NCBI GenBank assembly: GCA_951406725.2
Contig: OX597839.1
Span: forward strand, 25,110,001 to 25,174,000
DNA length: 64,000 nt
Reading direction: 5' to 3'
Source: Octopus vulgaris
Taxonomy: Eukaryota
Part shown: one piece after another, positions 39,563 to 52,780 of the stretch
How the letters are laid out: each line of letters starts with the position of its first letter
Position numbering within the stretch: the stretch's first letter is position 1
The notes under the pieces: model-generated
What the model was told of the DNA's origin: nothing
What the model saw: only the letters and a program-made list of their open reading frames with translations
Databases searched by the model: none
Position numbers and translations under genes: made by a program

Positions 39563-40432
39563 TCCAGCAGAACATCCAAGATGGAACAGTTTGAGCGAGA
39601 GGGGATACAACTGAGTCAACCCTCGGTTGGTACCTTATTTATTGATTGACCTGATGGGGTTCGAAATTAGATCGCAGTGAACCTCGACTATAAACGCTAT
39701 TTATCCGACCCTCTAACGACTGTGCCAATTGACCACAGTATATCTTATAGGTGGGTGGGTGTGTAGGTGGGTGGGTAGGTAGGTATGTAGGTAGGTAGGT
39801 AGGTGGGTGGGTGTGTAGGTAGGTAGATGGGTAGATAGATAGGGGACGAGGAGATAGAAAGAAAGGGATCTAAATATATCCTTTTTCCTTCTTTCTTCCT
39901 TTCATTTTCTTCCTCTCTATCGTTATCTCACCCCCATTTCTGCACCTCTCTGTCCCTCTCTCTCTCTCCCTCTCACACACACACATACACGCACACTTTT
40001 TAACCCTTTCTTCATTCCTTTGTCCCGTTTCTTTCTCTTTCCAGCCCTTATTTCCCCACCATCACCACCATTCATTCTCCCTCTCCTTCCTTTATCTCTT
40101 TCTTTGTAATTCTAACACTCCCTCTCTCTCGCACTCTATCTCTCACTCCCTCACACACTCCCTTTCTATCTATTTCTCACCCCACTCTCTATATCTCTCT
40201 TACTCCCTCTATCTATCTCTGCCTTCCACACACACACACTCCTTCCCCCCTTTACCCTCTTTGTCCCTTTCTCTCACACTAGTATTCCTCTCTCTTACAT
40301 TCGTTCTCTCTTTAATCTCGTCTTGTTTCGAGCCCCCTTCCCCTCTCTTTCTTCACAATCTCCTCCCTCCCACCATTTAGCCACGCCTCCTCCTCCTCTT
40401 CCACGAATCCACCATTCACTTGTTGTATGTCC

Positions 40433-40482
<50 letters not shown>

Positions 40483-40725
40483 CGTAATTAGATTCCTGTC
40501 GCCTGCTGCCCGCCCGTCGTCCATGGTCGCGTGCCACAGACTGTGTGCGCGCGTGTGTGTCTCTGGCCGTGTGCTCTTTCGCGACAGCTGTTCCTTTAAC
40601 GAGGCCAATCAGATGTTGTCCTCTCCGAACAATGACTTCTTCGCCGACCACCGCTGGATCGGGTTTTACACGCGTATAAACACACACACTATTTAACAAA
40701 GAAAAATAGAAAGAGCGCACACAAA

Positions 40726-41139
40726 TACCTATTTCTTTAATACCCACAAGGGGCTAAGCATAGAGGGGACAAACAAGGACAGACATAGGTATTAAGTCGA
40801 TTACATCGACCCCAGTGCGTAACTGGTACTTAATTTATCGACCCCCGAAATGATGAAAGGCAAAGTCGACCTCGGCGGAATTTGAACTCAGAACGTAGCG
40901 GCAGACGAAATACCTATTTCTTTACTACCCACAAGGGGCTAAATAAACATAGAGGGGACAAACAAGGACAGACATAGGTATTAAGTCGATTACATCGACC
41001 CCAGTGCGTAACTGGTACTTAATTTATCGACCCCTGAAAGGATGAAAGGCAAAGTCGACCTCGGCAGAATTTGAACTCAGAACGTAGCGGCAGACGAAAT
41101 ACCACTAAGCATCTCGCCCGATGTGCTAACGTTTCTGCC
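40726..41139 (-). mobile_element. SINE family B dimer
   Basis: Junction gacgaaatacctatttc at ~40905. Confidence 0.88.
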
Positions 41140-41193
41140 CAAATACCATACGCGCACTGATATACACACGCTCACGAGCATACAGTTGATATC

Positions 41194-41535
41194 GCAGGAT
41201 TGGCTGCGTGGTAAGAAGCTTGCTTCCCAATCACAGGGTCTCCGGGTTCAGCCCCACTGCGTGGTACCGTGGGCAAGTGTCTTCTACTATATCCTCGGGC
41301 CGACCAAAGCCTTGTGAGTGGATTTGGTAGACGGAAACTGAAAGAAGCCTGTCGTGTATATGTATATTTATATATGTGTGTGTGTGTGTGTGTTTGTGTG
41401 TCTGTGTTCATGTCCCCGTAACTTAGCGGTTCGGCAAAAGAGACCGATAGAATAAGTACTAGGCTTGCAAAGAATAAGTCCTGGGGTCGATTTGCTCCAG
41501 CATGGCCGCAGTCAAATGACTGAAACAAGTAAGAG
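41194..41535 (+). mobile_element. SINE family A variant
   Basis: Internal deletions relative to the other copies. Confidence 0.85.
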
Positions 41536-43612
41536 TATATACTATTGTGTATTGCGTCTTGCAGCCTTTTCAATAGTCATATATAAAACCACTTACCAAA
41601 AATCACAGACCCCTAAACCTTATATTTTACGAACAGTTACCACTACTCCAATTTTAATTCTTTCTGATTTGGGGCACAAGGCCTGCAATTTGATGGGGGT
41701 GGGGATCGATTACATAGACCCCCAGTGCTTGACTGATACTTTATTTTATCGACCCCCAGCTGAGCTCGGCGGAATTTAAGCTCAGAATGGAAGAAATGTC
41801 GCTAAGCATTTTGTCGTCTGCGCTATCCATTCTTCCAGCTCGCCGTGGCCATCACCTCAATCTTAGAATAAAGCATTGAAAGGAAAGGGTGGGGAGAATT
41901 TATTATTTTGAGAATTGTGAAAACTATTTTATTTGTTTCAGTCATTTGACTGCGGTCATGCTGGAGCACCGCCTTCACTCAAACAAATTGATCCCAGGAC
42001 TTATACTTTGTAAGCCTAGTACTTATTCTATCGGTCGTTTTTGCCGGGTACATTCTACTATAGGCACAAGGTCTGGAATTTTGGGGGAAGAGGACTAGTC
42101 TCCTGGAGCTAAATTACAGCAACATTCGTCCTAAACCAGGACTACCATGTTATGTTGGCAAACAATCTTATCTCCAAAAGCAGTGTATTTTAACAAAAAA
42201 TTACAAGCTGGCTATACAACACGATCCTTAGATTTTCGAACAAGGTAATCTAGTTCTTGTCGTGTAGCCAGCTGGAGACGATGTCTCCTGGGGCTAAATT
42301 ACAGCAACATTCGTCCTAAACCAGGACTGCCATGTTATGTTGGCCAAACAATCTTTACTCCAAAGTAGTGTGGCTGAATATCTCTCGGTATGAGATTTAC
42401 AAATAGTAATTTTCTAATACACTGCTTTTTTTTCCAATTAATTTTAGAAATAATGAAGAATTACATGAAATATCTTTATCATTAATTTGGTGTTTGGCAC
42501 CAAACGTGAAATTTCGAAGAAATTTTCAACTTGGGATCATTTCAAAAACAGAAACCTTGTTTCATAGAGCCAGGGACAGTTTCGGGTGGGTTCATATCCA
42601 GAGTTAACCCTTTTGTTACCGTATTTCTGTTGAAATGCACTCCCTTTGTTTCAATTTATTTTGAAAAAAATGAAGAATTTAGTAACATGTACTGGGGTCG
42701 ATCTTGGTCGCTAATTCCCTTCAAAATTCCTGGCCTTGTGCTGGAACTGAAAGAATTGTTATTTGGCCAAATTGTTAGAGCATCGAAGCAAATGCTTTTG
42801 CGATAGTTCTTCCGGCTCTGTACGTTGTAAGTTCAACTCCGACCGGAGTCAAACTTTGGCTTTTTATCCCTCAAAATTTTTGGCCGTGTCGTGTGCTGAA
42901 ATCAAAAACCATTGTTCTGTGTGCGCACGCGCTCGCGCGTGTATGTGAGAGATAGAGAGGGGAAAAAGACGTATCCCCCCCCCACTTTCTCTCTCTCACT
43001 GTCTACCTGTCTTTCTCTGTCTCGTCACGGTTCACATCACACATGAAGTTTACTGAGCCAGTGTCAACGATTTGTTTCTTTTATTTCTGTGAAGTGGAGT
43101 TCGAGACGTGAACACAGGCTGGTTTCTATGGTTGTGCACCTGTTCAACTACCCTCCATTCTCCCTTCCTTTCTATCTCTCTCTCTCTCCTCCCTCTCTCT
43201 ATCCCTTCGCTTCCCCTATTTCTATCTCTCCCTCTATCTATCCCCATACATCTCCCTCTCTCTCACTCTCACTCTCCCCTTCTCCCTATCTCTTTTCAGG
43301 TTCCCTCCCCTTCTCGTTCTTTCACTCTTTCTCCCCCTCTCTATTATTCTTTCTCCCTCGCATACACACACACTCACGTGATCAGGTTATCTTTCCCTCA
43401 CGCGACGAAACTAGTTCGACGCCATTTTCCTTTCAAGCCACCTGCCTTATTGCTCCAGCATGGCCACATTCAAATGACTGAAACCAATAAAAGAAGAATA
43501 TATATCGAAATGTGTGTGAGTGAGTTCGTCCCCCACCACTGAATGATAACCGCTGTTGGGGGTTTACGTCTGAACCTTAGAATTAAATACCAGACAAAGG
43601 AAAAGATCCTGG

Positions 43613-44045
43613 GGCGATCTTTCGTCTCTAGTAGACCTTTCCGTCGATTTCCGTAAAAAATTTTTTTTTTTTTTACATATGGGCTTGCGGGAACTTTTGA
43701 AGTAATATACATACATATACACATACACCGAGTAAAAAATTTCAGTTATCTCTTTCTTTCACACATTACTCTGTCTCTTCACACACACTAACAGAAGCAC
43801 TTCACTTACACAACATACTGTCTGTCTCCCACACCCCATCAAACACACACACACACACACACACACATGTACATCAATGCTTCCCCTAGACGGTAACTTC
43901 AAAATAACTTCCCTCGTCATACAATCGCTTTCTCTTAGTCTCTTTCGCTCTCATTACTTCAAAAGTTCCCGCAAGCCCATATGTAAAAAAAAAAATATTT
44001 TTTACCGAAATCGACGGAAAGGTCTACTAGAGACGAAAGATTGCC
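43613..44045. mobile_element. Merlin-like MITE, second copy, nested in an old family A SINE
   Basis: 8-bp TSD gatcctgg (43605-43612, 44046-44053). Confidence 0.88.
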
Positions 44046-45787
44046 GATCCTGGCGTCGATTTATTCGACTAAAATTCTTCAAGGCGATGCCCCAGCGTGG
44101 CCGCAATCTAATGACTGAAACAAAAGATAATGTGTGTGTGTGTGTATGCATGTATGCATGCGAATGTATATGTCTACACACATTACCAACTGACTGTGTC
44201 CTGCTCTTTGCTTCCTCCTCCTCCTACTCTTATCGTCTGCCAATCTCTCCTCCAATTTTTTTGTCGTCTGCTTTTCTATCAGTTTTTCTTTCTTTCTTTC
44301 TTTCTTTCTAATCCACCGTTCGTTGCCTTCCTTCCCTCCCCCTTCCCCCTCTCTACATCTCTTTTCTCCTCTCGATGTAACGCGTGCAACAACCTCTTCT
44401 TTCCTACCTTTCCTCTCCCTCTGTCGTCTCTCTCTCTCTTTCTTTTCTATCTTTTGCTCCCTCTCTCCCTCCTTTCTATCCCCCTTTCTCTCTCCCCTCT
44501 CTTATCCTTCACTCTCTCTCTCCTCTCTTATCCCCTCTCTCTCCTCTCTTATCCCCTCTCTCTCCTCTCTTATCCCCCTCTCTCTCCTCTCTTATCCCTC
44601 TCTCTCCTCTCTTATCCCCCTCTCTCTCCTCTCTTATCTCTCTCTCCTCTCTTATCCCTCGCTCTCTCTCTCTTCTTATACTTCCCCCTCTCCTCTCTAC
44701 CCTTCGCTCCCTCTCTTCTTTACCATTCACTCCCCCTATCTCTCCTGTACCCTTCACCCATCAACCCCTTTCTGTGTCCGCTCTATTCCTCCTACACTCT
44801 CGCTTTCTTCTTTATCCTTCTCTTCCTTTCTTTCATCTCTATCCTTCGCTCCCCTCTTTCTCTCTCTCCCTTTCTCTTATAAACTTTCTCTTGTTCTTTA
44901 TTTCTCCCTTTCTGTCGTTTTCTTTATTCATCTCCTTTTCGTTCTTTTCTTTTTCTTTGTGCTTTTGTATGTCTTACTCTTTCCCTTCCCTTTAGGCACT
45001 GCTTCTCTTTCTCTCGCCAACTCACTCTCTCTTTATCTATTAACCCTCACACACTCTCTCTCTCATATACACACACACACACACGCACGCACGCACGCAC
45101 GCACGCACGCGTACCTGTACCTTGTACCTACCTACATTCGCGGGGGTGGAGGGGACCTTGCCACGCTTGACAATAAAAACCTGTTACCAGTCGAAATAAA
45201 AAGCAGGCAGCTACAGAACACAGACCATCTGCAGCGTATTATTTCACCCTACCCCGGCCACCCTATTCTATTATATACCTTTGTAAGTACGGGACACGGG
45301 TGTCGGAGGGGCCTGTGTATCCTGGCGTCAATTTGTCCCCCTTCATGTTACTACCTGTTGACACATACCTACGCCACGCACGCGTGCGTAAACACACACA
45401 CACACACTTACAGGTAGAATAATGATATTTGATGTATTATCTTGGAGTTCAGCTGGCAACCGCCAGCCGTTTGGCTCACACGAACCACCACCACCGGGGC
45501 CCTGTGGCGCGATTTCAGTTCCTTCAAATAACTGTTTCCCCTAGTTTTTTTTTCTTTTTGTTTTTTCCTTTTCGCCAACAATGCTTTCTCGTACCAACAA
45601 CCGCCTGTTGTCCTTAGAGGGGCTGTGGGAGTTATCTCACAGTCCTTGTTCTACTATATACGAAATTCAAACAAAGAAATAAAAACACATTTTCGAACAA
45701 AAAGACCCACTGAAAAACCAGCAGTGGTTTCCAAACTTATTTCGTTACAGAACCCCATTTTACCAATTTCTTAAAACCGTGGCGCCC

Positions 45788-46455
45788 AAACATCTCTTTC
45801 TCTTGGCTTTCTTGAGAAAATTGTAATTTGTAAGTTTAACGTAGTTTAAGTTTTCGAATTTTAACCAATCAATCGCCTCTATTGAGCTAAAATAATTTGC
45901 TGCGTCTAAAACTGAACGACAACATCCTGTCACTGTTATGTATACGTAAACAGCTATTTATACTGAAAGCGTGTGTATAAAATTATAGAATTATTTTGTT
46001 TGTTAACTGTTTAAATTATTTTCCATTGCTTTCGTTTTAGCCTTTCGTGTTTTTTTTCTTAAGCAATGGAAACTAGTTTAAACGATACACGTGTATCTCA
46101 AAACAAGAACAAAACAAATAATTTTAGACACACGCGTAACAATTAAATTAATTTAACAATTAAAAAAAAACCGAAAGGATAAAATTTAGGGTTAGGGTTA
46201 GTGTTAGGGTTAGGGTTAGTGACAGGGAGTTGTCTCAGTTTTAGACGCAGCAAATGATTTTTGCTCAGTAGAGGCCATAGGATTGGTTAAAATTCGAAAA
46301 ATTAAACTACGTTAAACTTACAAATTACAATTTTCTCAAGAAAGCCAAGAGAAAAAGATGTTTTATTTTGACACATTCTACCAGTATACGAAGTTTAAAC
46401 GTGTTTAGTTAACTAGAAATTGTGTTGAAAACTGCCGTTCAAAAGGAAAAGATCC
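45788..46455. mobile_element. Foldback-type non-autonomous DNA transposon with ~150-bp inverted arms and internal (TTAGGG)n
   Basis: 45788-45935 is the reverse complement of ~46217-46364; ttagggttagggttagtgttagggttagggttag at 46186-46219. Confidence 0.8.
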
Positions 46456-46545
46456 AAAGATGCGTGTGTGTGTATGTATGTGTATATATATATATGTATC
46501 TATGTATGTGTGTATATATATATATATATAAAATGTGTGTGTATA

Positions 46546-46737
46546 GGGAGAATTCACAAATAAACAAAAGACGAAGACAGGTGGTGTAGACAACAAACAG
46601 ATGCATTAGTATAACGCTCGGGAAGTGAAAAAAGTCTTTAACGTTTCGAGCCTACGCACTTCCACAGAAAGGAACAAGGAGAGAAACAAGGGGAGAAAAT
46701 AAAGAATGTGTAGTGGCTAGCGATCTATTATGGCAAA
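46546..46737 (-). mobile_element. Penelope/retrozyme-like repeat (CUGUUGA family) with hammerhead-like motif
   Basis: Minus ccttt-CTGTGGA-a-gtgc-gtag-gctc-GAAACGT-T-aaaga at 46635-46672. Confidence 0.62.
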
Positions 46738-46748
46738 AGCCGAACCAT

Positions 46749-47063
46749 ATCATCATCATCATCGTTTAACGTCCGTTCTCCATGCTAGCATGGGTTGGAC
46801 GGTTCGACCGGGGATCTGGGAAGCCAGGAGGCTGCACCAGGCTCCGGTCTTATCTGGCAATGTTTCTACAGCTGGATGCCCTTCCTAACGCCAACCACTC
46901 CGTGAGTGTAGTGGGTGCTTTTTACGTGCCACCTGCACTAGAACCAGGCGAGGCTGGCATCGGCCACGGTCAGATTGGTGCATTTTACGTGCCACCTGCA
47001 GTCGTGCCAGTCGAGGCGGCACTGGCTTCGGCCACGATTCAGATGGTGCTTTTTACATGCCAC
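46749..47063 (-). mobile_element. SINE-like family C
   Basis: (CAT)n tail followed by the family C body. Confidence 0.8.
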
Positions 47064-47484
47064 GTGTGTGTGTTAAGAGTACCCTTACCTTGTGCAATGA
47101 GAACACAATGGGAATCTACCCTTCCTATTATGTCAAACTTACCATGGACTGTCCTCAATGAATACAAGGACTACAAATTGGTAGATGGTGCAAAATGGCT
47201 ACAAAACTCTGAATTTGCTGTTTTGTCATCTTATTTCTAATGAAACAATAAAACTGCTTACTATGATGTCTTTAATTTTACAGAAACTAATCAAGAATTA
47301 GTGGGGATTTAGTAAAAAAAATAACTAAAACTTTTTATAATAATTATTATTATTATTAAGTTGGCATTTTGAAACAGTCTTTCTGTTTGCCACCCCTGGA
47401 CCCACAAAAAATACATATTACCTACAGCAGACCCAAAAGTGGCACTTCTTTAAAAGTTCCGCCCAGAGCCGATCGCCCCTACGT

Positions 47485-47715
47485 ATCTCTTTACTATCCA
47501 CAAGGGGCTAAACACAGAGGGGAAAAAACAAGGACAGACAAAGGGATTAAGTCGATTACATTGACCCCAGTGTGTAACTGGTACTTAATTTATCGACCCC
47601 GAAAGGATGAAAGGCAAAGTCGACCTCGGCGGAATTTGAACTCAGAACGCAACGACAGACGAAATACGGCTACGCATTTCGCCCGGCGTGCTAACATTTC
47701 TGGTAGCTCACCCCT
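47485..47715 (-). mobile_element. SINE family B
   Basis: Reverse copy. Confidence 0.85.
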
Positions 47716-48134
47716 ACAGCCACCCTCTCAGCTACCCTAGTGCTAAGCAGACCTATAACAAAGGCAATCCATCCTTAACCAACCTGTCTTTTTCCTCCAT
47801 GCACAGAAACCTTAATAGCATTATCACGCTTAGCTATTTTTCAGAAGGCAAGGTGTGAGTCAAGACAGATTTGGTTGCTATTTCTAGCAAGTCGAGCCAC
47901 TCTGCAGTGGCTCTTTTGTTAACTTGTTGCTGTTAACGTCTCCATGTAAAGGAAGGATTTGTTTACTCTACACCAGCTGTTGATAAGATGAAATTTGACT
48001 GTTGACACTTTAAAACAGAATCTATCAGAACAAAAGATTTTCTTACAATCAATAACCCAGATATAAAATGCAAATTTCTATTTTTATTTCTTAAGGTTTT
48101 GTTGCTTCATTCACTTCATATACATTATATATAC

Positions 48135-48181
<47 letters not shown>

Positions 48182-48183
48182 TG

Positions 48184-48314
48184 CTAACCAACCACATGGT
48201 TCCGGGTTCAGTCCCACTGCATGGCACCTTGGGCAAGTGTCTTCTACTATGGCCTTGGGCCAACCAAAGCCTCGTGAGTGTATTTGGTAGATGGAGATTG
48301 AAAGAAGCCCGTCT

Positions 48315-48345
<31 letters not shown>

Positions 48346-49362
48346 TCTTTTACTCTTTTCAGTCATTTAACTGCGGCCATGCTGGAGCACCGCCTTTAGT
48401 CGAGCAAATCGAACCCGGGACTTATTCTTTGTAAGCCTAGTACTTATTCTATCAGTCTCTTTTGCCGAACCGCTAAGTGACAGGGACGTAAACACACCAG
48501 CATCGGTTGTCAAGCAATGCTAGGGGGACAAACACAGACACTCAAACACACATACACACACATATATATATATATATACATATATACGACAGGCTTCTTT
48601 CAGTTTCCGTCTACCAAATCCACTCACAAGGCATTGGTCGGCCCGGGGCTATAGCAGAAGACACTTGCCCAAGATGCCATGCAGTGGGACTGAACCCGGA
48701 ACCATGTGGTTGGTTAGCAAGCTACTTACCACACAGCCACTCCTGCGCCTATATATGTATATATGTATAATTGTGTTTCTATGTTTGTCCCCACCACCAT
48801 CGCTTGACAACCGATGTTGGTGTGTTTATGTCCCCGTAACTTAGTGGTTTGGTAAAAGGGACTGATAGAATAAGTGTGAGGCTTACAAAGAATAAGTCCC
48901 GGGGTTGATTTGTTCAACTAAAGGTGGTGCTCCAGCATGGCCACAGTCACATGACTGAAACAAATAAACAAATAGAAGAATATATATATGTGTGTTTGTT
49001 TGTATATATATCTTAGTCATTTCACTGCAACCCAGCTGGAGCACCATCATGAAGAATTTTTAGTCGAATGAATTGACCCCAGGACTTTATTTTCAAGCCT
49101 GGTACTTATTCTGTTGGTCCCTTTTGCCAAACCACTAAATTATGAGGATATAAACAAACCAACACCAGTTCTCAAACCGTGGTAGAAGACACACACACAC
49201 ACACATGCGATGGGCTTCTTTCAGTTTCCATCTACCAAATCCACTCACAAGGCTTGGGTCAACCTGAGGCTATAGTAGAAGACACTTGCCCAAGGTGCCA
49301 CACAGTGGGACTGAACCTGGAACCATGTGGTTGGGAAGCAAACTTCTTACCACACGGCCACA
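48184..49362. mobile_element. Cluster of nested/inverted family A SINEs
   Basis: + part 48184-48313, - full copy 48343-48750, + remainder 48775-48968, - old copy 49010-49362. Confidence 0.82.
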
Positions 49363-49579
49363 CTTATTCCTATGTGTGTATAAATATGTGTGTATATGTG
49401 TGTGCATGCTTTTGTGTATGCCTCTGTCTCCACATCACATAATAGATGTAAATGAGCAACCCTGTCATACAAGCAGTGTTGTTTCCATTCTTTTTTTCTT
49501 CCTGTTTCATTATGCTCCCCCTGTGCTCTCCGTGTTGCTTACACACACCAACATTATACATTCAGTGGGGCATGGCCTC

Positions 49580-50343
49580 TCATTTTCACAAATAAAAATT
49601 AACCCCTTGCCCCTTTATTTTCACAAACAAGAAATGACTCCTGACCCCTCTATTTTCACAAATAAGAACTGAATTCTGGCCCCTTTAGTTTCACAAATAA
49701 GAACTGAATCCTGGCCCCTTTATTTTTGCAAATAAGAATTGACCCTTGGCCCCTTTATTTTTGCAAATAAGAACTGACTCATGGCCCCTTTATTTTCACA
49801 AATAAGAACTGAATCCAGGCCCCTTTATTTTCACAAATAAGAACTGAATCCTGGCTCCTTTATTTTCACAAATAAGAACTGACTCCTGGCCCCTTTATTT
49901 TTGCAAATAAGAACTGACTCCTGGCCCCTTTATTTTTGCAAATAAGAACTGACTCCTGGCCCCTTTAGACTCCTGGCCCCTTTATTTTCACAAATAAGAA
50001 CTGAATCCAGGCCCCTTTATTTTCACAAATAAGAACTGAATCCAGGCCCCTTTATTTTCACAAATAAGAACTGAATCCTGGCCCCTATATTTTCACAAAT
50101 AAGAACTGACCCCTGGCCCCTTTATTTTCACAAATAAGAACTGACCCCTGGCCCCTTTATTTTCATAAATAAGAACTGATCCCTGGTCCCTTTAGACCCC
50201 TGGCCCCTTTATTTTCACAAATAAGAACTGACCCCTGGCCCCTTTAGCAAATAAGAACTGAATCCTGGCCCCTTTAATTTTGCAAATAAGAACTGACCCC
50301 TGGCCCCTTTATTTTCATAAATAAGAACTGATCCCTGGTCCCT
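49580..50343. repeat. 35-bp minisatellite (ggcccctttattttcacaaataagaactgaatcct)n
   Basis: About 20 tandem units. Confidence 0.95.
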
Positions 50344-50965
50344 ATAACTTTTTATTTTTCAAAGATACTCATTTGCCAATGACATCTCTACATGCTCTAG
50401 GACCCCGTTCTACAACAAAGGCATATAAAAATCAAACGGTGTGGCCCAAGATACAAGTGAATAACTGTGGTGGGTTTGAACTTGCAATCCATGGTGATAG
50501 CCCAATATTTTATCCTTTCATCCACCCGGCCACTCAACAGATTTTCAAAAATCTTCTGAACAAAAAAGATAACAAAATCCATTTCAGGAGGAGATTAGAA
50601 TAATTTGATAAATGCTATCTCTAATAACATGTTTATTTTTCCATGGAATTTTACAGGGATTTGCAAAGTATGTGGGAATCTTTAGCATTGATAAACACCT
50701 GTTTTACCTGGTTAATTTAACAGTGTATTTCAACACTTAACCATCTTTCCCACCTGATTGCTGTTCTCTGGGTCCTGGGTAGGTATAGTCCTGCCACTCC
50801 GGTGCTCTGTGGTGCTCTTACTGCTGACGTGAATGTGGGTGGCCTCCCCATTTAGATCAGGTGGGCCAGGATCTACTTAGATCATGATTGTCATGGCAAT
50901 CATGGTCATAGGTCAGTCTTAGATCGGTCCTACTGGTGTAGTTTTACTAATTAAAATAGCCTTAA

Positions 50966-51597
50966 CCCTTTAGTGTTCACATTGAATCGTAGCCGAAGCC
51001 AGTGCCGCCTCGACTGGCTTCCATAAAATACACCATCCGAATTGTGGCCGATGCCAGCGCCGCCTCGACTGGCTTCCGTGTCGGTGGCACGTAAAGAGCA
51101 CCATCCGAATCATAGCCGAAGCCAGTGCCGCCTTGACTGGCTTCCACAAAATGCACCAATCTGACCGTGGCCAATGCCAGCCTCGCCTGGCACCAGTGCA
51201 GGTGGCACGTAAAAAGCACCCACTACACTCATGGAGTGGTTGGCGTTAGGAAGGGCATCCAGCTGTAAAAACTTTGCCAGATAAGACCGGAGCCTGGTGC
51301 AGCCTTCTGGCTTCCCAGATCCCTGGTCGAACCGTCCAACCCATGCTAGCATGGAGAACTGATGTTAAAAGATGATGATGATGATGATGAATTATTCTGC
51401 CAAAATTAATGCTTTTTTCATCCACATTGTTTTGAACTTATCATGAATTATCTTGTAGCTGTGAGATTTTGATGAGGTAGCTGTTAATTTTTAAAACGAT
51501 ATCGTAGGGTTGGTGTGAAAGACCAGATCTGGCCAGTTTGGACATAGAACAGGCAGAATACTTTTGGCCGGATATGGCTGGTTTAAATGCTAAAGGG
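50966..51597. mobile_element. piggyBac-like MITE (second family) interrupted by a family C element
   Basis: TTAA-ccctttag...ctaaaggg-TTAA; fragments of the same family at ~3320-3510, 27360-27700 and 28097-28310. Confidence 0.75.
50985..51389 (+). mobile_element. SINE-like family C
   Basis: Internal tandem repeats and (GAT)n tail. Confidence 0.8.
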
Positions 51598-52169
51598 TTA
51601 ATTAGAGATGGGGAATTCATTTGATTTATTAAAATAGCTGTACTGCATCTGTTTCTAGTATCAAAACTTTGGTTCCACCTGCTTAAAGCTCCTACCCCTT
51701 CATTCACAGGTGATAGTTTTCTAAGGTGTCGCTCAAGAAGGACTTCAGTTTGAACAATTTTCTTGATGTTTCATATTTGAATGCTTTTATTAAATTCATT
51801 CAGTTAATAAAACTTGGAATTAAATGGTTTTGATTTACTGTCATCTGACTTTTGACCAACCCCTGTATATTGTATGGTGTTTTCCCTTAAAATTAATTAT
51901 TCTTCATAAATATTGTTTCATTAACCATTTCTTACTCTTTGATTCGTCTTCTTTTTGCATTCCTCTTTTTCTCATTTCCATTTTTCTCTCACTCCTTTCT
52001 CAATTATTCTTTTCTTTCCTTTCCAACATTCAGTCGAACGACAAACATAAAGAATTCGCCAAGTAAAATGTAAGTAGATGACGTGTTACGGCTGTCACTC
52101 TCTGTGGTTCACTGCATGGATAAACACTACATGTGGTTTACTGCATGTATGATATGCTACATATGATCT

Positions 52170-52780
52170 ACATCATGTTTATTACTAAAAGCGACCTATT
52201 ACATGTTTAGGACTACATGTGGTTTACTGCATGTTTATTACTAAAAGCGACCTGTTACATGTTTAGGACTACATGTGGTTTACTACATGCTTATTACTAA
52301 AAGCGACCTGTTACATGTTTAGGACTACATGTGGTTTACTGCATGTTTATTACTAAAAGCGACCTATTACATGTTTAGGACTACATGTGGTTTACTGCAT
52401 GTTTTTACTAAAAGCGACCTGTTACATGTTTAGGACTACATGTGGTTTACTGCATGTTTATTACTAAAAGCGACCTATTACATGTTTAGGATTACATGTG
52501 GTTTACTGCATGTTTTTACTAAAAGCGACCTGTTACATGTTTAGGACTACATGTGGTTTACTGCATGTTTATTACTAAAAGCGACCTATTACATGTTTAG
52601 GACTACATGTGGTTTACTGCATGTTTTTACTAAAAGCGACCTGTTACATGTTTAGGACTACATGTGGTTTACTGCATGTTTATTACTAAAAGCGACCTAT
52701 TACATGTTTAGGACTACATGTGGTTTACTGCATGTTTATTACTAAAAGCGACCTGTATCATGTTTAGGACTACATGTGGC
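52170..52780. repeat. 55/56-bp minisatellite with a degenerate flank to ~53260
   Basis: acatgtttaggactacatgtggtttactgcatgtttattactaaaagcgacct(a/g)tt, ~11 units. Confidence 0.95.

Noticed and set aside
44130-45417. 250-364 aa Ser/Leu/Pro ORFs
   Set aside because: CT-rich low-complexity sequence lacking stops.
49580-50343. 35-bp repeats as a CRISPR array
   Set aside because: Repeats are contiguous without unique spacers; eukaryotic context; no cas genes.
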